A stretch of 64,000 nucleotides of DNA from Ginglymostoma cirratum (Eukaryota), in NCBI GenBank assembly GCA_024137785.1, contig JAHRHZ010000073.1:5194250-5258249 (forward strand), given 5' to 3'. Position numbers and translations under genes: made by a program. This document shows positions 28,516 through 39,662 of this stretch, piece after piece. Position 1 is the stretch's first letter; each line of letters starts with the position of its first letter. Under the pieces are notes generated by a model. The model saw only the letters and a list, made by a program, of their open reading frames with translations. It searched no databases and was not told the DNA's origin.

Positions 28516-29029
28516 GTATGCTCTTTTTAATAATAAGTTTCATTCAATATTCACATTAATTACGGTTATGTGAGCTATACAAATACTTTATAGCTGCTCC
28601 TTAAGTTCAAAAATTCAACTTACAGTCTTTGAAGATGGCTTAAAATCTTTATATCAAAATCTTGCATAAAACACAAAAACGTCAGAGCGATAATAATGTT
28701 TATTATTATTTTCCAAAACAGGTTATCAAATAAAAGGGAAATACTCGTGGAGGATTGATGACAATGGGCAAAATGGCGACTCAAATTCCGCAAGTATGCA
28801 AGATTTAAGCTTAACATGTATGACAGGTTTATTTATCCAAGAAATAAGCACCTTTACACTCACTGTTAAAAGCTCCAATTATCAAAGTTTGATATGAAAT
28901 CAGAAGAGCTAACTCGAGAAACCCACTACATATTGTCATTCTCTTGCCATAAATATGACAGGAGCATAGTAGAAGTAATGAAAAATAAGTCAGATCTTTC
29001 TTGTTACAGGTCTGTAAAAACCACAACAT

Positions 29030-29480
29030 ATAGAAAGCAGAATCAGGCCATTCGACTCATCAAGTCCGCTCTGCCATTTGATCAAAGCTAATACGTTTCT
29101 TAACCCCATTCTCCTGCCTTCTTCCTGTAATCTTTGATCCCCATACTGATCAAGAACTTCCGTTTCTCTGTCGTAAAAATACTCAGTTACTTGCCTCCAC
29201 AGCTTTTCGGAGCAATGAGTTCCACAAATTCACCAGTTTCTAGCTGAAAAAAAAATCATCCTTCTATCATCCCAGCATTTCTAGCCACAGGGAGCTGTGG
29301 GGCAGGTTTTATATATAAGGCTAAGATAGATAGATTCTTGATCAGGAGGAGAATCAAGGGTTACAGGCAAGAGCAGGAAAGTGGGCATGAAGATTGTTGG
29401 ATCAGCCATGCTCTTAATGAATGGTGAAGCAGATTTGACGGGCCAAATGGCCTACTCTAGCTCCTATTTCTTCTGGTCTC
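29030..29480. mobile_element. Two LINE 3' ends in inverted orientation (29030-29260 minus, 29290-29480 plus)
   Basis: Both match the CR1-type tail family; partly reverse-complementary. Confidence 0.6.
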
Positions 29481-29694
29481 TAGGTGGATTTCTTTGCAGT
29501 GAAATGTTGCCAAGTACTTTGATGCTTGATTTGCAGTACCAAAATTCAGGTCCAAACCTGGGTCCTTGCATTTACTCTCCAAATGACCCAATAGAGTCTA
29601 TGCATACATATAGAGTTAGGCTGCTAGAAGCAACAGTTGTTCAGATAAAACTGGCTAGCATTGTTTTTCCTGATTCCTTCAGATTTTATTTACC

Positions 29695-30017
29695 AGGGAG
29701 GCAGTAGCCTATTATAGCTGGACTTTTAATCTAGAGGCTCAGGTAAAGTTCTGGGGACCAGTGTTCAAATCCCCAATAGCAGATGGTGGAATTTGAATTC
29801 AACAAAGGCAATCTGGAATTAAGACTCTATTGATGACCATGAAACCAATGACAAGAAGGAATCCATCGGGTTCACGAACATCCTTTCGGGAAGGAAAATG
29901 CTATCCTTTTCTGATCTGGCCTAAATGTGACTACAGACCTGCAGCATTCACCCTTAACTGTCCTCTGGGGAATAAATAATTGCCTAGCCAGCGACGTTCA
30001 CATTCCATCAATGAATC
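29695..30017 (+). mobile_element. tRNA-head SINE (DeuSINE-like)
   Basis: Homologous to 23233-23572. Confidence 0.65.
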
Positions 30018-32270
30018 ACTGAAAAGGTTTGCAACTGATTGGATTATTTAGAGCTGATGAGCTTGAAGAACCCCTATGTATGTCACAGTGGATGTTAGAT
30101 GCATTACTCAATTCACCAAAGCATTCGCGACAGAGGAATTGTATCTTCTGATGACTTAAATAATAGAATTGAAAAATTACAATAGAGATGGAGAAACAAT
30201 TCAGGTACTTACACATTACCAATTTAACACACAATGTAAACAAGTTGCTGGAAACTAATCAGTGACACAGCAACTAAATACTTGGACAAATATCAGTGAA
30301 TGGTAGATCAAAGTCTGATTGACTACTTTTAATGATGTTAAGAGCATGGTGGATTAGGAGATACGATGATGCAAACAGATCAATAACAAATGAGAGAACA
30401 GAATCAGAAATAGCTACGTGTTCAGTATCAGCAACTAGCTGAGAGATAGAAGACAGAGATCAAGGAAATCACCTCTGTAGCCACTGATATCAGCAAGTTG
30501 GAACCTGGAGGCCATGAATTCACCCATGAGAAACCTAGGCCATGCGTGCCCGCTCAACAAACTTGCTTGTGGCTCATCAAAAAATGAATTCTACTGAAGA
30601 AAAGTACAACACAAGTACTATTTAAAAGTCTAGAGACCTAACATAAAAGTAATCTAGATGACAATTTCTGTACAGATTTTCTTGAAGTACAGTCCAGTAT
30701 TTTTGGAGATGTGGGTGCCGAGTTATCTAACAGGGCAGCAAGTGTTGCTGTATCTTCACAGGGAAGGTGGACAATTTTGTGATCTGTTTCCACAAGGGTG
30801 CAACAGGTAGGTTTGGGGGTGAAGAGAGAGGGAGAGAGGAATCTACAGTGCAATACCTTTGGGTGAAGAGGGGATGGAGATAATCGTAGATTGGTTTTGG
30901 AAAGTGACCATTCCGGCCATCATCTTTGCAGCAGCAACCGAGACCCACTTCCCCGCCTTTATCTCCAAATATTTCCCTTTCACGTAATGATCCAACTCAT
31001 TTAAAAGTCATATTTGAATTTGACTATATAATAATTTCAGACCCCAATGAATTGCTCGCAAATGGTTTCTTCTGCTGTTATCACTCCCCTTAAATCAGTG
31101 TCCTCTGGTTATCGATCCGTCTCCAATGAGAAGCGTTTTTGTCCAGAAACCTCAGCTTCATTAATCTATCTGCCAATATGCCAGTAACAGTCAAGTCAAT
31201 GTTTTGTACACGCTTAATATCCTTGCTGCGAGTGTGAAAGCTCTGTACAGTGCCTACAATCAAACTGGAGCTCGATTCATCCATACTCCTAGTTAGTGAC
31301 AGGAGACTGTCTAGAATGTAAGTCAATGCATCCAGCAGCTTGGTATATATTGTCAATTTTCTCCTGCTAACCACCTCATTGAGGTCCTCTGTGATTGTGC
31401 GCTGGCTGTATCTATTCTTTCCTCAGGTCTGGCAGCAGCTCACACAGGTTTAGTGACTCAACCTGCTTTGATCCTAACTCCTCACTAGCCCCTAAAATGC
31501 ATTCAATGCTGATATCTGAGCAGGTGGCTTCCAGTGTCAGATCAAGTGATGAGGCCTTTTATCAGCATTGTGGCATTACTATTTCTCTTCCTGCTGGGCA
31601 CGTGGTAGTTCCTGGATTTCTGAAAACAGAAAATCAAAGAAAAGGGCTGAGTGGAAAACAACAGATCCATGGTCACTCAATAACTACTTATAGATCATGC
31701 CAGATTTGAACTGGGAGCTCAGAAATAAATGAATATACTGTCATCTTAATGTCCATTTGTAGCACAGTCAAGACACAAAGGACACAGATTTAAGGTAATT
31801 AGCAAGAGAAGCTGAAGTGGCATGGGGAAATAATTGTTTGAAAACTGAATTCGTGATTAAAATTGGAATGCCCTACCTGAAAAAGGGAGGTGAACTAGAT
31901 TCAATTGTGTTGTTCAAAAGAATGTTGTTTAGCACCTGAAGGCAAAGAAATTGCAGGGATGTGGAACACGGTACTAGTTAAGTGAGGCTAGGTAATTTTT
32001 TATTCCAGAGAACCAGCTAGGACTCTTTTGATTCTATAATTCTACATGAAAAATTAATAAAAGGTTTCCTTGAATAACTTGCAAAGAAAACAGGGAAGAA
32101 TAACCACGCTATTCACACGCTCCCTCTGGTTAGCAAAATTCAAGCCACAGTACAAAATAACTCTACACCATAATTTTTACTACTCCCTTTAACCAATCAT
32201 TTAATAAGCAGTTAACTTCGCCTTGGACCAATATATAAAAACTAATAAACGTGGATAGCAAAGGCTAGAA

Positions 32271-32552
32271 AGGCGGCATGGTGGTTAGCACTGCTGCCTC
32301 ACAGTGCCAGGGACCCGGGTTTGATTCCAGCCTCGGGCGACTGTGTAGAGTTTGCACATTCTCCCCCTGTCTGCATGGGTTTCCTCTCACAGTCCAAAGA
32401 TGTGCAGGTTAGGTGGACTGGCCATGCTAAATTGCCCATAGCATCTAGGATGGGAAATGGAGGGATAGGGTAGGGGTTGGTCCAGGTGGGATGCTTTTCG
32501 GAACGTCAGTGTAGGCCAAATGGCCTGCTTCTACACTATAGAGATTCTATGA
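32271..32552 (+). mobile_element. HE1-like V-SINE
   Basis: tRNA head ggcggcatggtggttagcactgctgcctcacagtgccagggacccgggtttgattcc, V-domain gagtttgcacattctcccc...gatgtgcaggttaggtgga, CR1-type tail ...gattctatga. Confidence 0.8.
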
Positions 32553-32601
32553 ACAGTAAACATAGTGTGGCAAAAGATCATTCCAAGTACTTTAAATCAT
32601 A

Positions 32602-32720
32602 TTTTCTAAGGATTTGGATTAGATTTGTAGCTTGGGTTGTGGATGTTGAGGTTGGTTGGCTCGCCAAGCTGGTTCGTTGCGGAACATCAACAAACCAGCT
32701 CGGCAAGCCAACCAATTTCA
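32602..32720. mobile_element. Short hairpin insertion with aatcata direct repeat
   Basis: ttgaggttggttggctcgccaagctggtt / aaccagctcggcaagccaaccaatttcaa inverted; aatcata at 32595-32601 and 32720-32726. Confidence 0.55.
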
Positions 32721-34809
32721 ATCATACTTATATGTCACATTCATTACAATGTAATGAAACAAAATGTTACTTACTTCTAAGATCCTGATTAATACAAGAT
32801 ATTGTGCACAGGCTAATAGCTTACAACATCCCTATTTTCATGACTTGTAATTCCCTGCAGTTTTCTGAAAGTATTTTTCAGCTTCATATCAATTGCTGGT
32901 TCTTGACATATGTTCTATCAGGCTTAAATTTTTATACATTACCAACTTTAGTTAAAACTCTTTAAATCTATTTTGTATGTATGGAAAAACTAAACAGAAA
33001 GCTAATCCCAGCAACTAAATAAGCTATTTAAATTTAACCCATTTTGTAAACAGAAAATCTATCAACAAAAGGAATGGTTAATATGGAATAAATTGTTGTG
33101 GTACATCTGGCATGAATCAAACATGTTCTCAGTAGTGAAGTCTTCTCTACTCAATAGTTTACTTCATACAAATTGTCAACATGAATCTGCTATAAATTGT
33201 TATCTTTATCAATTCTCTCAGAGGAATGCCTCATGATCAGCTACACATTCCTTTCTAATGTCCTTTAGTGCCTCCCATCTTCCTGCTCTTGTATCTATAC
33301 ATTTCATGCTTGAACACTTCCAGTCTACCTTCTTCACTTTCACATCCAGCAAACAGCCTTTTTTCAAAATCCTCTCTAGTGTCATCTATGATGATGACCA
33401 GTAATACTTTCTTTCCTCGTCCACTTTTGTGACATCCTCCTTCAATGAACTGTGGCATTTAAGAAAGAACTTGCATTGATCTGACATTTTGTCAGAGCCT
33501 CAGGATATCAGAATGTGCTTCACACCCACTGAAGAACACTTGATGTGTTATCACTTAGATAAATTAGAGGAAAACTGTAGCCAAGTTGATTTCAGCAAAG
33601 TCCCATACAGTGAGAAAAAAAAATCACAATCTGTTCTACTCATATTTGTCAAATTGATACAAAAAAGTCCATGAAATTGGGAAAACTCAAATTCCTGTTT
33701 CTCAGAAAGCTTTAGTATAATGTTCATCTAAAAGGTGTCATCTCCAGCCTGATCATTATGCTTGTAAGGCACAATAATTTCCAGTAGATGTCAGTGTCTA
33801 GCAATGGGAACACGGCACAATGTTCTCGCTTTGCCTGTAGGACAAACTGTAACAACTATTTTTCTATTTGGAATGGGAACTTACTAATTTAGCAGAGATA
33901 GTTGCTAACCCCTATCACTAGGTATATTTACTCATAATTTAATTGCCTATAATTTTGTTCTTAAAAGTTAGTTTGAAGATTGATATGCAAGATCAATCTA
34001 ATTTCATTTTTAGTTTCTTTTTCTACAACACTAAATAAAGCTTGGTATCCACAGCAATTTCTCAAATCATTCCAATATCTGCTCAGAAATGCTTTTTATA
34101 CCAGTTCAAGTTTCAAAATAAGCCATTTCAAAATCCATGTTGCATTAGCTTTTCTGTGCATACAGTTGCTGCCCTTGAGCTTCTTTCCAGCAGTCCTGAG
34201 CAGCAAAGAGCTTCAATATAGGTGTCAAAAAAATTGAATGCAAGTTCACGTGAGATCAAGTTGGCATAGGGGGAATTTTTTTTCCCCATTTTGTTTCAAT
34301 TCCAGTTATGGAATCTTATATACCCATAGCACACAAACATTCAGAGATACATTTCCTGTTATTTTTAAAACATCAGAAAAATAGACATATCTAAACAAAC
34401 AGAAGCAAAAAAAATTTGAAATGCTCTACACTGCCAAGGAAAAAGTATTTTTTATTGCAACATCTATACACCTAAATTGTCAATAATAACACAAGCATAA
34501 AATAGCATCAGCACATGTTTACAAAAGGTACTTTATTACCCAGATTAAATACATGGCTATTTATGGACCGTCAGTTGCACACAGTTCACATATAAGTTGA
34601 CAACTTGAGTTTTGAGTTCAGCCTTTTGAGTGATATGAAAGATTGTACTTGACTAGCATAATTTTCTGTACAATAAACCCATCTCAATAAAGTCATGATG
34701 TGTGAAAATACACATTTGTTTACTTTGGCAGGAAAAATAGAAAAGCTTAATACTATTCACATGGAGAGATTGCAGGGCTTGGTGGTACAGAGGGATTTCC
34801 AGAAAACCG

Positions 34810-35460
34810 ATCATGATAAAAATTAGTATACAGGTATGCAGCAACTGTTCAAAGGCATTGAGAATGCCGGTGCCAATTGGAAAAACCGAATATAGAAATA
34901 GGGAAATTTTTTACAGTTGTGCAGGGCCTTCAGACCACATCTGCAGTACTGCATACATTTCTGGTTTTCTTCCTTGAAAATCGCTTACATAGTGGTTCTG
35001 AAAAGGTTCATTCAACAAATTTGAGATGAAGGACTTTTCCTAGGAAGAAAACTTGAACAGACTGGGGTTAAACTCACTTCTAGTTTAAAGGAATGAGAGG
35101 TGAACTTATTGAATCATTTACAATCTTGAGGGGAGTCTATCGGGAAGATACAGAGGATATTCCCTCTTCCGGGGGAGACTAGAATCAGAGGACACAGTTT
35201 AAGAACAGGAGATCCCCTTTAAGGCAGTGACGAGTAAGGAACATTTTCCAGAAAACGTTAGTCTATGGAAGACTCCTCCCTAAAAGTAGTAGTAGCTTGG
35301 TCATGGAATTTATTCAAAGCAGAGTTAGATGGACTTATGATAGACAAGGAAATCAAGGGTTTTGGGAACAGACAGGAAACTGGAATTGTAACCACATGAA
35401 AACCAGCCACGATTTCGTAAAATGGTGAAGGCGGCTCAAACGGCCAAATAGCCTCTGAAT
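34810..35460 (+). mobile_element. Decayed CR1-type LINE 3' fragment
   Basis: agaccacatctgcagtactgcatacatttctgg (RPHL.YC..FW) and tail similarity. Confidence 0.7.
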
Positions 35461-35995
35461 AAAGGGAAAATTGCAAAGTGACTCAGCAAAAATCACTGGT
35501 GCACATCTTAGTGTTTGGTCATAATCACAAAGGAGCAAAACAAGAATCCTTGAAGAAGCTTGTTTATTCAATGTCACCAATAGGAAAGGGCATGGCTGGA
35601 CGAGATCTCAGAAGAGACCAATACAGCCTACGAAGCACTAAAATAACCAAAACAGAAATTATACTTGTTTTCCTCACTTATATGTTTCCTGCTCACCAAA
35701 AACAATCGGTAAATCATTCTGATTAACAGGAAACACCAATGTGTTTCCAACCACACACAAGCAAAAAGCTTTTCAATTTTAATAATTTAAAGCTATCATT
35801 CACAAAGAAACAAGCTTTTGTTGTCTATATATAATAGACCTGACAATTAAAAGCGCTGCTGGGGTTTATAATTTATAACCATTTTTAAAACTTATGAAAG
35901 TATTTATTTCAGGTTTTATCTGTTGACTGCAATGTACTTTAAGCAAAAGTGCTTGAAAAAATTCAATGAGGTTAATTTTGTCTTTCTATAAACAG

Positions 35996-36067
35996 GTCAT
36001 GAAACAAAAGGACAATATTCACAAAGGTCTTCTGAAGAAAATGAACAGAATGGTCATTCCAATTCTG
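35996..36067 (+). CDS. col10a1: col10a1 copy 1 mini-exon C (72 nt): (S)HETKGQYSQRSSEENEQNGHSNS
   Basis: Acceptor ttttgtctttctataaacag|; clear paralogue of D/E; the homologous donor reads ctaaat, and a weaker in-phase GT (tctg|gtacta) lies 3 nt upstream. Confidence 0.55.
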
Positions 36068-36494
36068 GTACTAAATAACAAGTCACTTTATTTGTCCTTT
36101 CAGAACACAGGCACACTTCAAATTTAGCAATGGGACAAAGACAGTTTCTTTGTAAAAGTAGTGAACTTGTGCACAATAAATGCAGAATTAAGGGCCATGC
36201 GCTGTTAACCTAAATGCTGAGCATTCAAAACTCAAAGCAAACTGTGAAACTGGACTGAGTTAACCCAGATTGTGAAAAACTAAATGGGTCATTATATTGA
36301 GTTGGAAACAGCAGACTACCATCCTTTATCAGTCTGGCATACAGGTGTATCCAGTTGTTATACTACATGGTTGACTTTTAATTTTCAGTGAAGTGGTCGA
36401 GCATGTCAGCCACTCAATTAGCAATGAGTATTTGCTACAGAAATTAGCAATAATATTGGATGGTCAGATGAACACTAGCCTTGTCACCATAATA

Positions 36495-36634
36495 AAGAAC
36501 TGCAGGTGCTGGAAATCTGAAACAAAAACAAACTCAGGTCTGGAAGCATCTGTGGAGAGAAAGCAAACCTAATGTTAACTGAGTCTTTCTGCACAGATGC
36601 TGCCAGATCTGCTGTGTTTCTCCAGCAATGTCTA
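36495..36634. mobile_element. Palindromic Penelope-like insert with ~16-bp TSD
   Basis: ccttgtcaccataata 36479-36494 / ccttgtcaccacaata 36635-36650. Confidence 0.7.
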
Positions 36635-36950
36635 CCTTGTCACCACAATAGACAGTGCAGCAATCTTACAGCAGTCAGCCTGGAAAAAGTCTGACAGCTG
36701 GTAACCCGGTTGGGAGACTAGCACACCAGGGTTACAAAAACTAATTCAATGCCTGGTTTAAATCTGTTAATTGGAGTAGATAGACAACAGTTACAAGTAT
36801 ATTTAAAATTTCCAAGTGTAAAACTCATGATAAATTATGCTTCATCAGCAATTTTATGTTTTAATTTAAGAATCTTACTTTAAGTAGTGCACATTAACAA
36901 ATACTAAAACTAAAAAGCGAATACATTTATTTTGTGTACTTCCCAAACAG

Positions 36951-37028
36951 GTCAACAGGAGAAGGGACAATACCCGAGAAGATCATCTTCTGAAGAAAAT
37001 CAACAGAATGGTCACTCTAATTCTGGCA
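36951..37028 (+). CDS. col10a1: col10a1 copy 1 mini-exon D (78 nt): (G/S)QQEKGQYPRRSSSEENQQNGHSNSG
   Basis: Acceptor tttgtgtacttcccaaacag|, donor ggca|gtgagc, phase 1-1; 61/78 nt identical to exon E. Confidence 0.85.
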
Positions 37029-37439
37029 GTGAGCAAAAAATCCTTTTATTTCTGTAGAATAAAGTTGTTCTTTACTGGCTCGTGCAAATTACAAGTTCAT
37101 CAATGGTGTGAAGAAGCTTTCACTTAATTGCATGGAATAAACATGGAGTTGTGCTAATCAAAGTGTTGACTTCAAATCCTCTTTGGAAGAGTTGCCCTTC
37201 AGGAATGCATATTGAAAATAATTCAATGTCTAGCTTAAAATCTATTAATTAGAACAGACAGACAACAGTTACAACATATATTTAAAATTCCCTTCTGTAA
37301 AATCCACAATACAGACAATTAGTTCCTGGTGAAAGTTTTATTTTCAATTAGAATTATTGCTTTTATCATGCAATATTAATAAATGATCAAACTAAGAAGA
37401 GGATTCATCATGTTTGATTTTATTGTATATTCAAAATAG

Positions 37440-37517
37440 GCCAACAGATCAAGGGACAGTATTCAAGGAGATCATCTTCTGAAGAAAATCAACAGAATAG
37501 CGATGCCAATTCTACCA
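37440..37517 (+). CDS. col10a1: col10a1 copy 1 mini-exon E (78 nt): (S)QQIKGQYSRRSSSEENQQNSDANST
   Basis: Acceptor tattgtatattcaaaatag|, donor acca|gtaagc, phase 1-1; synonymous differences versus D. Confidence 0.85.
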
Positions 37518-37937
37518 GTAAGCTGTGTACTTTTATGCATGAGGCAAATTTGTCCTTATGTTGCATGAAACAAACAGGTCGATCCAAATTAATTGACATA
37601 CCATTTCTGTTATTGACTAACCTCAGGTGATATCATAGAAAAAAGGGGCAAGAGTAGGCCCTATGACCCTTCGAGCTTGCGCTGCAATTTGTTATGATCA
37701 GAGTTGATCTAACTCAGTATGCTGGTCCTGCTTTATCTCTACCCTTTATCCCTGAGAACTATGCCTAATTACTTCTTGAAAAATTCAAAAGGTGGGGATT
37801 TTAAAACTGCACTCATAACTTGCTTCTATAAAAATTGCGATGCAGACAGAAAAAGGTATTGAAAAGTAATACTTAGAATGTGAACGATAAAATGTCAAGT
37901 GAAAAACAACAGCTGTGTTTTATTTTTACTAAAACAG

Positions 37938-38033
37938 GCGATGAAAGTAATGGCCACGATTTAGAAGACATTGTGGAGAACAATAACTCAGATTTTTCTT
38001 CCTCTTCTTCCTCCTCCTCCTCTTCTTCTTCAG
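37938..38033 (+). CDS. col10a1: col10a1 copy 1 mini-exon F (96 nt): (S)DESNGHDLEDIVENNNSDFSSSSSSSSSSSS
   Basis: Acceptor tttatttttactaaaacag|, strong donor tcag|gtgagc, phase 1-1; splices in frame to EEEYGEPG. Confidence 0.85.
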
Positions 38034-39662
38034 GTGAGCTGTATGTAATTATCATATGCAGAACAGCAGAGTTCGAAAATACTATCAAGACCATATGAAC
38101 AAGAAAATCTATTTTTAATGCCCTTTCTCTACATATTAACTTGGAATACAGGTCTGATCAGCTATTTCATTATGGAAACTTGTCAAGATTCGGCTGGTCA
38201 TTTTGGCAAAACAATCAATATTCAACCACTTTATATTTCAGTTGTGTTTTGAGCATGGTGTTCAACCACTCAGGAACCACATTTTCTTGCAAACATTGGA
38301 AAAGATCAGAGATATGGAAGTAAGACAATTAATACTTCAAAGTAAAATAAATAGTTAAAACTAACAGTCCAATTGAAGTTATGAAGCTGCATTAAAAAAT
38401 TAAAAGAAATTAAACAAAAAGACAAATTTTTTTGCCAAACATTTTATTTGTATAACATAGGTTTAAATGTTTAAAACAATATACAGTAAACAGGCAGGTG
38501 TAGTGGGCTGTGAAGAAAAGTTTTTTCAAGACCAGACACAGACGGAACCAGACCTGCAAGTGAGTAGACAAATAAGTCACGGCAAAGTGGTCAGAGTGGC
38601 GTTATTTGTGATTGAGATCTGCCTTAGTAGTCTCTTGATTTAGAATAATGAATTTCATTTCACATGGATCCCTCAGTACTCCGTGCAAATTTTTACCGAT
38701 TTTAAAATATTGAGCTAACTACGGAGTTTTTACTGCTATTCTCTCCCCATAAAATTCTAATACAAAATAATCATAATGAGGCTAAAAGACCCATCTCACT
38801 TCTGGCATAGTCCAGCTATGGTCATAAATGTGTCAGAACTGAAATATAGTGTATCACAGCATTATAATGGTTGAGTGTAAAGGTCAGAGCTTCTACCAGA
38901 CCAGAACAAGACAACTGAGAAATACCTTATTAAAGCTGTAAGATTCCCTGTTTCCAGATGCTGAAAGGCCAGCTGGTTCAATTGCCTAAGTATGCTCAAT
39001 GGCATATATCTTTCCTGCTTGGGTTCCATGCCTACATAGAGACTTGGACTGTCCTTGGAAAATACACACATACATAAAAACATATATACTTGTTTCCTTA
39101 CAAAACAGGCTACAAGGACATTTAGTTTTCCTTTCCAGGGATGCAAGCATTTCACCTCTTTCCTGCTCACCTGTAATTCCTGCACCACCCCCAACTTCCT
39201 AGCAGTGACTGGCCAAATTTCCTGACTCGGACTGGATTTAAATGCCTCAGGTGTACCCCAATTCTGTGAAGACAGGAAAACCACTCCCAGCCAAGCCATT
39301 AATGTCCACCAGGGTTACTAGCAGAGGAATTCAATTCTTTCCTTCCTAAAATTAGAAGTGTTTTAATATAATCAGATCCTATTACTTGTATTCTAACGAT
39401 ACTACATCATCAGATACTCCTGAGCTTTAAAATGATACGTGAAATAATATTTCACCAGCCTTTCTTATCAGAAAGGGAACAGAAGAGCACTTCTTCCCTC
39501 GTGACAATGGCTTTGGTCACCTGAGGTATTTTGTGTAGTATAGATAGACTAGTGCAAACAAAAAAAATAATAGAATTCAATTCTTGCTGGAATACAACAT
39601 ATAGTGCACACTAATTGCATTCTAACACAACAACCTGAATGGCATTTATTTATTTTTAACAG

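Noticed and set aside
35996-37517. Spaced repeats as a CRISPR-like array
   Set aside because: Eukaryotic context, 0.5-1 kb spacing and splice signals show they are duplicated exons.
37873-38094. Minus-strand poly-Glu ORF
   Set aside because: Antisense reading of the TCT/TCC poly-Ser tract; the splice signals support the plus strand.
38494-38559. Possible extra exon (aaacag|gcagg...gcaa|gtgagt)
   Set aside because: No polypyrimidine tract, a stop codon in the phase-1 frame, and no similarity to the other mini-exons.
39109-39125. Acceptor-like tttccttacaaaacag|gc similar to the mini-exon acceptors
   Set aside because: The phase-1 frame hits TAG after four codons and no matching donor was found; at best a decayed relic.
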